Below are positions 1 through 9,972 of a stretch of 64,000 nt of DNA, one piece after another. Made by a program: the position numbers and the translations under genes. Under the pieces are notes generated by a model. The model was not told where the DNA came from. It made no database searches and saw only the letters and a program-made list of their open reading frames with translations. Location: the NCBI RefSeq assembly GCF_000189555.1, contig NC_017276.1; one strand, given 5' to 3'. How positions within the stretch are numbered: position 1 is the first letter of the stretch; every line of letters starts with the position of its first letter. This DNA is from Saccharolobus islandicus REY15A. Lineage in GTDB: Archaea; Thermoproteota; Thermoprotei_A; Sulfolobales; Sulfolobaceae.

Positions 1-127
1 AAATCCCATTCTTTTAATCATACCATGCCACCGAGTAATAGCTGAAAATGGTATTGGAGGATACTCCAGAGGAGTAAAGTTGAAGAGAGCCTTATTGGAA
101 CTGGAGGGAGTCAAAATACCAGAATGA
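1..127 (+). CDS. ogt: O6-methylguanine-DNA methyltransferase, 3' end (partial)
   Basis: The frame starting at nt 2 reads NPILLIIPCHRVIAENGIGGYSRGVKLKRALLELEGVKIPE*, containing the PCHRV active-site motif. Confidence 0.95.
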   Translation, partial: NPILLIIPCHRVIAENGIGGYSRGVKLKRALLELEGVKIPE

Positions 128-224
128 TGTGGAAAAATTTAACAGTATTAACCAATTAATTTTTAACAAAAAGAGCTTTTATCTTAACAAGGGGTTCAAA
201 GGGGGCGAAAGACCCCTTCCGTGA

Positions 225-1437
225 CGGTAGACCCAAAATCATATTAGAAAAAATATTTCTGGTAGGATAATATCGAATTTATAAAAGATAAAGAAATTTA
301 TAAGAGTATAAAGAATTCAATTGAAGAAAGGGTTTAAGGTGAGGGAGATGGCGTATTACCACGTGACATAGGAAGATGGTAACACCAGGTCTCCCTCACC
401 AAAATAATATTCAACAAATAGGATATAAATTACTTTCCATGTTGAACTTCCAAGGGGAAAAGGTAGAGGAGGTAGCGAAAACTCTCATCTCCGCGTGTTT
501 GTGGAACGATTCAGTAGAGAACAAGTCCAGAGCGTATGACGTATCCCCACAGACCGTGAGGAATTACGTAGAGAAACAAGGGATGGAAGTGACTGAAAAG
601 CTATTGGAAAGAGCTAGGAAAATATCCTTGGAGATATTAAAGGGAGTGAATGAGATAGATCTTTCAATAGACTGGACAACCAAGACGTGGTATGGGAAAC
701 CAGTGAAAGGGCTCGGGAGCTCTGAAAAAGGAAACTCGTGGAACTACGCAACTGCAACAACCAAGTATAAGGGGAAAGTGCTTTTACTTGCCGCAAGTGA
801 ACGGTATGACTAAGGACGAGATAGTGAAGGCTCTTGTTGAACAAGTAATGGCAATGGGATTCAAGATAAGGTTGATAACTCTTGACGCTGGTTTCTATAC
901 TGTTGACGTGCTCAACTTCATTTCACAGTTTAAATACATAATTGCTGTTCCGGTTGGGGACGTGAAGGTGTACGAGGAGTTTGACGGGGATTACACAACT
1001 AATAGTAAGAGGCATAGGAGGGATGAGCAGGTCAAGTTCAGGCTTCTCGTGTACAGCAAGGAAAAAGTGAGGAGAAAGAAGAAGAGTCTTGTTTATTTTG
1101 CTAGGGCTACTAACCTAGACCTATCCAAGAGGGAAGTGTTGGATTTGTACAATAAGGTAAGAGGTCCCATAGAGACCTCTTATAGGAACATTAAGGCTTT
1201 TCTTCCATTTACTAGTTCTACTAAGTTTGTTTTCCGCACGTTGATCTTCGTGCTGGCCCTTGTACTCTACTCCTTATATACCATATTCAAGGGGGAGGTG
1301 GGGGGAGAGGAGTTTAGATTATTATTAATTCTTTTATTTCCTGATTTATTCAATCCAGAGAATTTTACATTTAATATAGTTGAAACGCTTATTTATACTA
1401 TAGATTTATTTTTAAGGAGGTGATTTTGGGTCTACCG
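225..1437 (+). mobile_element. ISH3-family IS (ISC1200/ISC1225-like), 1213 bp
   Basis: Perfect 17-bp TIRs CGGTAGACCCAAAATCA (225-241) and TGATTTTGGGTCTACCG (1421-1437); 4-bp TSD GTGA (221-224, 1438-1441). Confidence 0.9.
376..1423 (+). pseudogene. ISH3-family DDE transposase, frameshifted
   Basis: Split into ORFs 376-813 and 788-1423 that overlap in different frames; DDE segments SIDWT, TLDAGF and IETSYR are present. Confidence 0.85.
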
Positions 1438-1498
1438 GTGAGGGAGGGGATGGATAGTCCCCTTATATTTAAATAATTCTTTTTCAAATATTCTATTA

Positions 1499-2168
1499 AT
1501 GTCTGACGTAGGGTTACGCTTTAGAGCTTACGCTGACGAACAAACATTGAGGGCGTTAAAAGCCCAATTGAGGTTAGCGTGTGAAGTGTACAACACCCTA
1601 CGTTGGGCAGACATCTATTTTCATGAGAGAGACGGAAAAGGACTCACTAAGACGGAGTTGAGACAACTAGCTCTCGATCTAAGAAGACAGGATAAACAAT
1701 ATCAACATCTATATTCCCAAACACTACAACAGATCGCAGACAGATTCTACGACGCTAGACAGAGGTTCTTCGAAGGGTTAGCACACTTCCCCAAGGAAAA
1801 GAAAGCACACAAGTGGTACTCACTAGTCTACCCTCAGTCAGGTTGGAAAGTCATGAAGGTGAGAGAAATAAGGACGAAAAGCAAGAAGAACAAGAAGAAG
1901 GTAATGACGCTTCAGCTTTCAAACCTAGGTATCTTCAACGTCGTTGTTCATAGGGATTTCCAACTGGAAAAAGTGGAGAGGGTAGTAGTCAAGCTGGCAC
2001 CTTCAGGCAGATTGTACATCACTTTCGTTGTGGATCAAGAGTATCCTCAACTCCCCAAGACAAACAAAGTTGTTGCTGTGGATGTTGGTGTAGAGAAACT
2101 TCTCACTACCTCTGATGGGGAATACGTGCCAAACATGAGGCCTTACGAGAAGGCGCTCAACAAGATGA
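1499..2168 (+). pseudogene. tnpB: TnpB, truncated after RuvC-I
   Basis: N-terminal HTH (LRFRAY...YN) and [10 protein letters not shown] RuvC-I motif. Cut at 2168 by an IS5-type element, so RuvC-II/III and the Zn finger are absent. Confidence 0.9.
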
Positions 2169-3396
2169 GAGAATGTCCGGAATGTAATTATCTGAATGAA
2201 TATATAAATGGAATGATAAATATTAATATTATCAGAAGTATAAAACCTGGTTAATCTGGAAAAACTTGATCATGGAAAAATATCAAGTTAAGAAGATTTA
2301 TTTGTCATGCATGGTGATGCTTGAGTGCGTGATGACGTTTCTTAGAGTTGAACTATTCGACGTCCTGGAGGGGTTCTCCGTTGGACGGCTAGGAACATCC
2401 TGATATTGTAGAAGACTCCCAGGACGTGGAGGAAGGCTTCGTTCCTCCACACCGTGGTCCCATAGGGCCTCCAGAACTTGTACAGGAAGGTACCGAAGAA
2501 CTCCACGTGGGCCCTCAGAGTCGTGAAAGGTTTCTCCATAGCTATGAGCTGGGTTGGGGAGGGCGAGAAACCCCTATCAGCTATCTTAATCCCCTTGAGC
2601 GGGGACTTAAATCTCTTATCCGAGAAGTTGGCAGGCTTCACCGTGATGGACCTTACGAAGAGGGAAGTGGAGATAACTATTAGGGCCTTCAGCCCGAAGT
2701 GAGAGACTCCCCTCTTCTTGGTCCACTTCCCCTTGAATCTCCTCTTAGTTCTCCCCAAGGAGAGCAGCTTCTTGGCCTTCTTCAAGTTACCTTCCTTCTT
2801 CTCCAGCTCTGCCTTCTCTCGGAAGGTCTCCACGCTCCTCTTCCCAAAAGGTAAGTCTAGAAGGAAGGAGTCAACGAGCCACGCAATGAAGTCCAGGGAG
2901 TGGGCACTGGCAGGGAGGTAACTGGGTAGGCACTTCTCCTCAAGCTTGAAGGAAATTTCCAGCAACTTCTTCCTCACTTCGTATACTCTTCCCACGAAAT
3001 CGTGTAATGTGCTCTTACCCACTTTCCTCCCAACGAACCACGCCACAACGACGTTCACGTTGACCATCTTTACCGCGTCTCTATAGGAACAGGAGTAGAG
3101 TACCATGACGATTAGTAACTTCAGGTAAATCAGAGTGCCTTCTCCTAGAACTCTTTCTAGATCTAGGGTGTCTAGCACGGGTTTGATATCCGTTAACCAT
3201 TTTTCCCTCCACGGCATATCCTCTCTTGGGGGGAGAGAATAGTACACTAAGTTTGGGATGCGTCTTAGTGTACGTGCCATGGTACTACTCTCTCCTCCCA
3301 TAACTTAAGTATTACTACAATTTAATCCAAAATAATGCTAAGAATCAATTTATTCTCAAAAATTAAAATTCAGTTTTTTACATTCCGGACACTCTC
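2169..3396 (-). mobile_element. IS5-family IS (ISC1234-like), 1228 bp
   Basis: 19-bp TIRs GAGAATGTCCGGAATGTAA and TTACATTCCGGACACTCTC (1 mismatch). Flanks ATGA and ACGT differ, so there is no TSD. Confidence 0.8.
2342..3301 (-). CDS. IS5-family transposase (apparently intact)
   Basis: 319-aa ORF between the TIRs with WLVDS, ADRGF and HVEFF DDE-like motifs; the start may be MARTL. Confidence 0.8.
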   Translation of the reverse strand: MGGESSTMARTLRRIPNLVYYSLPPREDMPWREKWLTDIKPVLDTLDLERVLGEGTLIYLKLLIVMVLYSCSYRDAVKMVNVNVVVAWFVGRKVGKSTLHDFVGRVYEVRKKLLEISFKLEEKCLPSYLPASAHSLDFIAWLVDSFLLDLPFGKRSVETFREKAELEKKEGNLKKAKKLLSLGRTKRRFKGKWTKKRGVSHFGLKALIVISTSLFVRSITVKPANFSDKRFKSPLKGIKIADRGFSPSPTQLIAMEKPFTTLRAHVEFFGTFLYKFWRPYGTTVWRNEAFLHVLGVFYNIRMFLAVQRRTPPGRRIVQL

Positions 3397-3741
3397 ACGT
3401 AATTCCTCACGGTCTGTGGGGATACGTCATACGCTCTGGACTTGTTCTCTACTGAATCGTTCCACAAACACGCGGAGATGAGAGTTTTCGCTACTTCCTC
3501 TACCTTTTCCCCTTGGAAGTTTAGCATGGAAAGTAATTTATATCCTATTTGTTGAATATTATTTTGGTGAGGGAGACCTGGTGTTACCATCTTGGTTATT
3601 CACGTGGTAATACGCCATCTCCCTCACCTTAAACCCTTTCTTCAATTGAATTCTTTATACTCTTATAAATTTCTTTATCTTTTATAAATTCGATATTATC
3701 CTACCAGAAATATTTTTTCTAATATGATTTTGGGTCTACCG
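3397..3741 (-). mobile_element. Partial second ISH3 copy (left 345 bp), inverted relative to 225-569
   Basis: Near-identical reverse complement of 225-569 including the TIR (3725-3741); truncated at ACGT by the IS5 element. Confidence 0.9.
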
Positions 3742-3761
3742 GTTAGGGCGTGGTAGTTCAC
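3742..3761 (+). other. IS605 right-end remnant (3' end of the reRNA scaffold)
   Basis: GTTA-GGGCGTGG-TAGTTCAC is the 3' arm of a GC hairpin ending in TTCAC, as I recall for Sulfolobales tnpB right ends. Confidence 0.65.
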
Positions 3762-4035
3762 ATCGTATTCGAGTTACTTGAGCATTCTCCAAAGTCCGAA
3801 TAGATAAATCTCTCGTTATCTAAATTATTATATTTTTAGGCTACTTCAATTGTAGATTACATGCATAAAAGTTAACTATCGGCGTTTGATAATATTATTT
3901 CGTCAAATGAATATATAAAATCTAATAAAAAGTAATTATTAAATTTAGTCAAAGCTATTAGTCACCTAAACTTGAATAGATTTGGGATTCCATATTATTT
4001 TGATAATAGAGTTAATTACTGTATTTGGGAAAACA

Positions 4036-4057
4036 TTTAAATACGGTCCCATGGGAC
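4036..4057 (+). promoter_or_regulatory. TATA box plus perfect 12-bp palindrome upstream of the sulfocyanin gene
   Basis: TTTAAATA at 4036-4043; GTCCCATGGGAC at 4046-4057; ATG at 4067. Confidence 0.5.
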
Positions 4058-4066
4058 TTGGTAGTC

Positions 4067-4816
4067 ATGAATACATCAATAATTATAGCTGTTATAGTTA
4101 TATTAATAATAGTAGTAGGAGTAGTTGCCTATCTAACGCTAGTACATCATCCTGCCACGATATCTTCTACAACAAGTTCAGTTGAGACAACCTCAACAAG
4201 CTTCACTTTAACCTCAACATCTACCACAATCTCAACAAGTTCGACTTCAACATCTTCCACAACTACAACAAGTTCATCTACCACATCTTCCACTACTATT
4301 ACCACGACACAGTCGGTAACTTTACCTCCTGGGGCTAATATGTTGCCTTATAACCCTAACAATAAGACTGTATTTATCTATCTAGCTGTTACAGCTACTG
4401 GTCCAGCATTTAATTATAATGGTACTTCAAATGGGCAGATGAAAATTTACGTTCCTGCAGGATGGAATGTGATGATAATTTTAACGAATGAACAATCCAT
4501 TCCCCATAATGCGAATATAGTATTAAATGATACTCAAATCCCTAACAATCCCAATATCTCCGCAGATGGTAAAATCTTACTATATGTAGGTGACTCACCA
4601 TCAAATTTTGCAAATAATGGAATTCTATCTGGTCAGACTGCAGTTGGAATATTAGATAACATTTCAGCTGGTTACTATTGGATTGCGTGTGGAATAACTG
4701 GCCACGCTGAAAATGGAATGTGGGCTGATTTAATAGTATCAAACTCTGTCTCAGTCCCGTACTTCATAATTTCTTCCTCATCCTCTTCAACTTCAACAAC
4801 TCATAGCTGGGGCTAA
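4067..4816 (+). CDS. Sulfocyanin-like blue copper protein with membrane anchor and Ser/Thr-rich linker
   Basis: N-terminal hydrophobic helix, S/T-rich stalk, IPHN His ligand and IACGITGHAENGM (Cys/His/Met) type-1 copper motif. Start reassigned from 4025 to 4067 on the basis of TATA spacing. Confidence 0.9.
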   Translation: MNTSIIIAVIVILIIVVGVVAYLTLVHHPATISSTTSSVETTSTSFTLTSTSTTISTSSTSTSSTTTTSSSTTSSTTITTTQSVTLPPGANMLPYNPNNKTVFIYLAVTATGPAFNYNGTSNGQMKIYVPAGWNVMIILTNEQSIPHNANIVLNDTQIPNNPNISADGKILLYVGDSPSNFANNGILSGQTAVGILDNISAGYYWIACGITGHAENGMWADLIVSNSVSVPYFIISSSSSSTSTTHSWG

Positions 4817-4855
4817 GGGAAAATTTTTTATTTAATATTTTTCTTAAATATCAAT

Positions 4856-5620
4856 ATGATTAAAAGGCTAACAATATCCCCTTTATTTTTGATACTCTCC
4901 TTGATAGCTTATTATCTCAGTAGAAATGACATACTTCTCTACTCAACATTATCCACAATATTGTTTTGGACATTCATAATTTTAATCTTACCGACTTCTT
5001 TCTATAATTACATCAAAGATGGTATTGTAAAATATTGCAAAAAGAAAATATTTTGGTTCACAGTAGGATTATATATATCATATCACGTGATTCTCTATTC
5101 GTTCTTCTTCTATTTATTGCTTCCTGGCTCTATAAAGAACATAAGTTTTTGGTTCTCGTTTAATGCGGGAATAGGATATTCCATACCGCCCCCAATCACT
5201 TACTTTCTTGAATGGGTATCAAATAGTCCTGCAATATGGTTTTTCATAGGTCCTTATGAGGGGGATGTTATACCTTTCTCTACTTTCTTAGGAGTAGTTC
5301 TAGCATTATTAATAGGCTTAAATGTTATGAAAATATTGGAATTATGGGGAATTTCAAATAAACTTAGCAAATCAATAGTTTTGATCCCCTCTTTGGGAGT
5401 CGTATCTGGCTCATCTTGTTGTGTATTCCTACCAAGTATAGTAATGTACTCTATTGCTCTCTCAATAAGCTCAATTACTGCGACAATACTTTCCATTTTG
5501 TCCTCATTCGCGTATTTCATATTAGTCTATTACGCCCTACCAATAGTTTCAGCTATTGTTCTATTTCACAATCTTACCATGCTTAATAGACTAATCAAGA
5601 AACTATCATTTACCATGTAG
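4856..5620 (+). CDS. Multi-pass membrane protein of unknown function with an SSCC motif
   Basis: 254 aa, several hydrophobic segments, GVVSGSSCCVFLP. Confidence 0.75.
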   Translation: MIKRLTISPLFLILSLIAYYLSRNDILLYSTLSTILFWTFIILILPTSFYNYIKDGIVKYCKKKIFWFTVGLYISYHVILYSFFFYLLLPGSIKNISFWFSFNAGIGYSIPPPITYFLEWVSNSPAIWFFIGPYEGDVIPFSTFLGVVLALLIGLNVMKILELWGISNKLSKSIVLIPSLGVVSGSSCCVFLPSIVMYSIALSISSITATILSILSSFAYFILVYYALPIVSAIVLFHNLTMLNRLIKKLSFTM

Positions 5621-5663
5621 AGTTTTGTAAGTTTATTAATTTATTTGTCATACATTAATACAT

Positions 5664-6647
5664 ATGTTCAAAGTAGAGTACCCTATTACACAAGTAATTT
5701 ATGGACTTAACGCACTAGATTGGTTAGCAAGTGTGAAGGGGAAAAGGATAGCTTTAGTCACTACTAGGAGCTTGCTTAAAAGTAAAATTCTTGAACAAAT
5801 ATTAAGTCTTATAAACGCTGAGGTAATTGAGGGACCAAGACAACACACTCCAGTAGGTGATGTAAATAATTTAACGGAGAGACTTAAGGGATATGATGTT
5901 GTAATAGGCTTAGGCGGAGGAAGTGTAATAGATGGTATTAAGCTTTCATTTAATGGTTACTATATAGCAATACCTACTACTTTTTCTGGAGCGGAGCATA
6001 CTAGATCTGGAGGAGCAACAATTGATGGGATAAAGAAAAGTAGAATAGGAAAAGAGGCAGATGCAATAATCTTAGATCCTAGAGCCACACTTGAAACACC
6101 AAAATGGTTGCTTATAGCGAGTGGAGTAAGGGCAATAGACCACGCGGTCGAGGCATTATACTCTAAAGACTCTACACCCTTTACTGATTCCTTAGCTATA
6201 GAGGGTTATAAAAAGCTAGTTAAATGCATAAGAGATCTAGATTCAATTGAAAATAGGGCATTATGCCAAATAGGCACGTGGTTATCGTCATTAACGATGA
6301 GATATGCTAAAATGGGGATAAGTCATAATTTCGGTTACGTTTATGGTCCTAGATTTAATATACCTCACGGAGTAACCTCTTGTATCTCATTGCCATCAGC
6401 AATTAAGTTAAACTATAGTGTTGCCAGAAATAAATTGAGGGAGATAGAGAATGAAGGTGAGCCATTATACGAGTTCATGGATAAATTCCTAAAGGATATC
6501 GGAGCTAAGCGGAGACTATCTGAATTTACTACCTTGGATGAGGCATTAAAATATGTGCAAACTTTCATTCAAATTGTGAACAATAGTGGAAATCCGGTTA
6601 AAATTGACATAGAAACAGCTAAGAGGTTTATAAAAGAGGTCTTTTAA
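5664..6647 (+). CDS. Iron-containing alcohol dehydrogenase / maleylacetate reductase-like protein
   Basis: [27 protein letters not shown] and PHG motifs. Confidence 0.9.
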   Translation: MFKVEYPITQVIYGLNALDWLASVKGKRIALVTTRSLLKSKILEQILSLINAEVIEGPRQHTPVGDVNNLTERLKGYDVVIGLGGGSVIDGIKLSFNGYYIAIPTTFSGAEHTRSGGATIDGIKKSRIGKEADAIILDPRATLETPKWLLIASGVRAIDHAVEALYSKDSTPFTDSLAIEGYKKLVKCIRDLDSIENRALCQIGTWLSSLTMRYAKMGISHNFGYVYGPRFNIPHGVTSCISLPSAIKLNYSVARNKLREIENEGEPLYEFMDKFLKDIGAKRRLSEFTTLDEALKYVQTFIQIVNNSGNPVKIDIETAKRFIKEVF

Positions 6648-6648
6648 A

Positions 6649-7095
6649 ATGATAGAGTGGAAGGGCTTTGGAAAAAGATGGGGTAAGTGTGAAGAGTGTT
6701 GGTTAGCTTATGAAAGGCGAATTCAACATGAAAATTCTTTGAACTGTTATAAACTGGGAATTCCAATAGATGCGCTAAAAATTCCCCTGGATCAATTTTT
6801 AAATATAGTTAAGGATGTCCCTGGAAAATATGCGATTTTTGGATTTCCCCTAAACCTATTAAGTAAGGGAGTCATAATTTTTTATTTTGATACTAAAGAA
6901 GAGATGGAAAACTTTATAGAAAATATAATGAATTATATTAAGAGTGAAATATCCTTTAGAGAAAAGAAGTTTTATGATATTTTTGTTAATACAGAGTGGA
7001 TTGGAAGTATGAATTGGAGAAGAGGGTGTCCAGAATACGATAAGAAGTTTGGCGATTGGAGAGGATGGAGGAATCACAGTAATGAAGATTACTAA
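6649..7095 (+). CDS. Hypothetical protein with 4 Cys (CEEC...C...C)
   Basis: 148-aa ORF starting 2 nt after the Fe-ADH stop. Confidence 0.7.
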   Translation: MIEWKGFGKRWGKCEECWLAYERRIQHENSLNCYKLGIPIDALKIPLDQFLNIVKDVPGKYAIFGFPLNLLSKGVIIFYFDTKEEMENFIENIMNYIKSEISFREKKFYDIFVNTEWIGSMNWRRGCPEYDKKFGDWRGWRNHSNEDY

Positions 7096-7229
7096 TGTTT
7101 AAACGAGAAATAATGTCGTGAATACTTCTATAGATATTCTTCTTTATTATATATTGTATATGTAGGATGAAAGTAGTTAGAATCTTTCTAACTAATCTTT
7201 ATTAAGGGAAATGCTTACCTAAAATAGAT

Positions 7230-7835
7230 ATGTCTATTTCAATTTTTGTCCTAAGCCTAAAAGGTGGAATAGGGAAGAGTAGGCTATCTTATGAGTTATC
7301 CAGATATATCTCTAAAAGGAAATTTAAGAAGGTACTGCTTATCGATAATGATTCTCTATCTACTTTATCGAATTTACTAGGTCATTATGGTGATGGATTA
7401 CTAGATGGTTTCGATTTAAGGTCTTCATTAAAAGAAATAGACGATATTTTCATACTTAAATTACGTAATAAAGTATATTTTTTAGATAATTTTTATGACA
7501 ATGAAAGATTGAAGCAACTTAAATTCGTTTTATCCAGAAATTGGGATTATATTATAGTAGATAATTACGTTGGAATATCAGAGACAAATCCAATAATTAA
7601 AATCATCTATGAGTTTTCTCAGCTCAAAATAGGTATTTTTCTTAGTGATGACTTATCGCTAAATTCTACAACCGAATATTCCAATAGTTGGAACTATCTA
7701 GATTCTAAGTATGTATTATTAACAAATAAGCCTTTTGATGTTCATTATATTATAAACAGAACTATTATTGACGCTATATTAAACCAGGGCGAAGAAAACT
7801 ATGATGAAAAATTTAACATAGAGAAAACTAATTAG
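7230..7835 (+). CDS. ParA/MinD-like P-loop ATPase (divergent)
   Basis: SLKGGIGKS deviant Walker A, LLIDND and DYIIVD motifs. Confidence 0.7.
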   Translation: MSISIFVLSLKGGIGKSRLSYELSRYISKRKFKKVLLIDNDSLSTLSNLLGHYGDGLLDGFDLRSSLKEIDDIFILKLRNKVYFLDNFYDNERLKQLKFVLSRNWDYIIVDNYVGISETNPIIKIIYEFSQLKIGIFLSDDLSLNSTTEYSNSWNYLDSKYVLLTNKPFDVHYIINRTIIDAILNQGEENYDEKFNIEKTN

Positions 7836-7966
7836 ATAAATACATCTTAGAATTCATGACAAAATTCTAACATGAGGTACTAAAATCAAACTATACAATA
7901 CTAGTTTAGAGAAATCATAAATGTGATATGTAAAAAGATTTTATATTTCGAATTTCAATATAACAT

Positions 7967-8884
7967 ATGCCCCTAGACCCTCGAATCAAAGAGCTCCTAG
8001 AATCAGGTTTTATCGTACCAATTGGTAAAGCCTCGGTAGATGAGGTAAGAAAAATATTTAGGCAATTAGCATCAGCCGCGCCTAAAGTTGAAGTTGGAAA
8101 AGTAGAAGATATAAAAATACCAGGTAGTGAAGCCAATATAAACGCTCGAGTATATTTGCCAAAGGCTAACGGTCCCTATGGAGTTTTAATATATCTTCAT
8201 GGAGGAGGCTTTGTTATAGGAGATGTGGAATCTTATGACCCATTGTGTAGAGCTATCACCAATGCATGCAACTGTGTCGTAGTATCAGTTGATTATAGGT
8301 TAGCTCCAGAATATAAGTTTCCTTCTGCTGTCATCGATTCATTTGATGCTACTAATTGGGTTTATAATAATTTGGACAAGTTTGATGGAAAAATGGGTGT
8401 CGCTATTGCAGGAGATAGCGCTGGGGGAAATTTGGCAGCAGTTGTAGCTCTTCTTTCTAAGGGTAAACTTAATTTAAAGTATCAAATTCTAATTTATCCT
8501 GCTGTAGGTTTCGATAGCGTTTCAAGATCCATGATAGAATACTCTGATGGTTTCTTCCTTACTAGAGAACATATAGAGTGGTTCGGTTCTCAATACTTGC
8601 GAAGTCCTGCAGACTTGCTAGACTTTAGGTTTTCTCCAATTCTAGCACAAGATTTGAGCGGATTACCTCCAGCCTTAATAATAACAGCAGAATATGACCC
8701 ATTAAGGGATCAAGGAGAAGCTTATGCGAACAGATTACTACAAGCTGGAGTACCGGTTACCAGTGTTAGGTTCAATAACGTTATACACGGATTCCTTTCA
8801 TTTTTCCCGTTAATAGAGCAGGGAAGAGACGCTATAAGTTTAATAGGCTCTGTTTTAAGACGCACATTTTATGATAAAAGTTAA
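7967..8884 (+). CDS. HSL-family carboxylesterase
   Basis: HGGG, GDSAG, YDPLRD and HGF motifs. Confidence 0.95.
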   Translation: MPLDPRIKELLESGFIVPIGKASVDEVRKIFRQLASAAPKVEVGKVEDIKIPGSEANINARVYLPKANGPYGVLIYLHGGGFVIGDVESYDPLCRAITNACNCVVVSVDYRLAPEYKFPSAVIDSFDATNWVYNNLDKFDGKMGVAIAGDSAGGNLAAVVALLSKGKLNLKYQILIYPAVGFDSVSRSMIEYSDGFFLTREHIEWFGSQYLRSPADLLDFRFSPILAQDLSGLPPALIITAEYDPLRDQGEAYANRLLQAGVPVTSVRFNNVIHGFLSFFPLIEQGRDAISLIGSVLRRTFYDKS

Positions 8885-8961
8885 TAATCTTTTTTATTTT
8901 AATTTTTGTTTTAAGTCATTATTAAAAACATTTAAAAAGAGTCAATAACAAATTTAAGACT

Positions 8962-9972
8962 ATGAAAGCTGTTATTCTTCCAGCTCATAAACAAGGTTAT
9001 AGAATTGAGGAAGTACCAGATCCTAAACCAGGTAAGGACGAAGCAATTATTAAGGTTAACAAGGCTGCACTGTGTTATAGGGACTTATTGCAAATAAAAG
9101 GATTCTACCCCAGATCTAAATACCCATTAATTTTAGGTCATGAAGTTGTGGGAACTGTAGAGGAAGTTGGAGAAGACGTTAACGATTTTAAGAAAGGAGA
9201 TAGAGTTACGTCAATGCTTTTTGTCCCTGACTGGTCGTGCGAATATTGTAGAAGGGGAGAAGAGGTTTATTGTAAGAATAGGGTTCTATACGCTCAAGAA
9301 CTAGATGGGTTTTTCGCAGAAAAGGCCAAAGTTAAGACAAGTAGTCTAGTTAAAGTACCTGAGAGTGTTTCCGATGAGGGAGCTGTTATAGTGCCATGTG
9401 TTGCTGCAATGGTTTATAGGGGTTTGAAAAAAGCTGGAATAAAAAAAGGAGAAATTGTATTGGTTACTGGAGCAAGTGGTGGTGTAGGTATTCATGCTAT
9501 TCAAGTAGCTAAGGCTTTAGGGGCTAAGGTAATAGGAGTTACTAGTGGGGAAAGCAAGGCTAAGATAGTTTCTAAATATGCTGACTACGTAATTGTAGGT
9601 GAGAAGTTCTCAGAAGGGGCTAAAAAGATAGGTGACGTTTCCATTGTAATTGAAAATGTGGGTCCCTATACGCTAGAAGAAAGTATGAAGAGTCTGAGGA
9701 GTGGCGGTAAGATTATACAGATCGGTAATCTAGATCCTTCTGTAACATTTAATTTAAGGCTGGGCTATATTATTCTTAAAGACATAATTTTAATGGGGCA
9801 TATAGGTGCAAATAAAAATGATATAATAAAAACTCTAAACCTTGTTAAGGAGGGTAAAATAAAACCTGTTATTGGAAGTGAGGTTAGCTTAGAGAATTTT
9901 GGAAAAGCTCTTGACTTGCTTAATGACAGTAAAAATAGGTACGGAAAAATATTGATCTCAAACTCTTTCTAG
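8962..9972 (+). CDS. Zn-dependent MDR dehydrogenase / acryloyl(enoyl)-CoA reductase-like
   Basis: LCYRD, GHE, CEYCRRGEEVYC and GASGGVG motifs. Confidence 0.85.
   Translation: MKAVILPAHKQGYRIEEVPDPKPGKDEAIIKVNKAALCYRDLLQIKGFYPRSKYPLILGHEVVGTVEEVGEDVNDFKKGDRVTSMLFVPDWSCEYCRRGEEVYCKNRVLYAQELDGFFAEKAKVKTSSLVKVPESVSDEGAVIVPCVAAMVYRGLKKAGIKKGEIVLVTGASGGVGIHAIQVAKALGAKVIGVTSGESKAKIVSKYADYVIVGEKFSEGAKKIGDVSIVIENVGPYTLEESMKSLRSGGKIIQIGNLDPSVTFNLRLGYIILKDIILMGHIGANKNDIIKTLNLVKEGKIKPVIGSEVSLENFGKALDLLNDSKNRYGKILISNSF

Larger units (their letters stand above)
200..3761 (+). mobile_element. IS200/IS605-family tnpB-only element, interrupted by three nested insertions
   Basis: TTCAA (195-199, TTTAA-like) precedes a left-end hairpin CCCCTTCC-GTGA-GGGAGGGG (split by an IS) and GGATGGATAGTCCCC. 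tnpB starts at 1499. Right-end remnant GTTAGGGCGTGGTAGTTCAC at 3742-3761. Confidence 0.75.

Noticed and set aside
781-813. Programmed frameshift in the ISH3 transposase
   Set aside because: No slippery motif is present; residues appear to be missing at the junction, consistent with a small deletion.
4150-4320. Repetitive ACA/TCA-rich tract
   Set aside because: It encodes the Ser/Thr linker of the sulfocyanin; there is no repeat-spacer periodicity, so it is not a CRISPR array.
7230-7835. Integrated plasmid partition cassette
   Set aside because: No ParB, integrase, att site or replication genes nearby.
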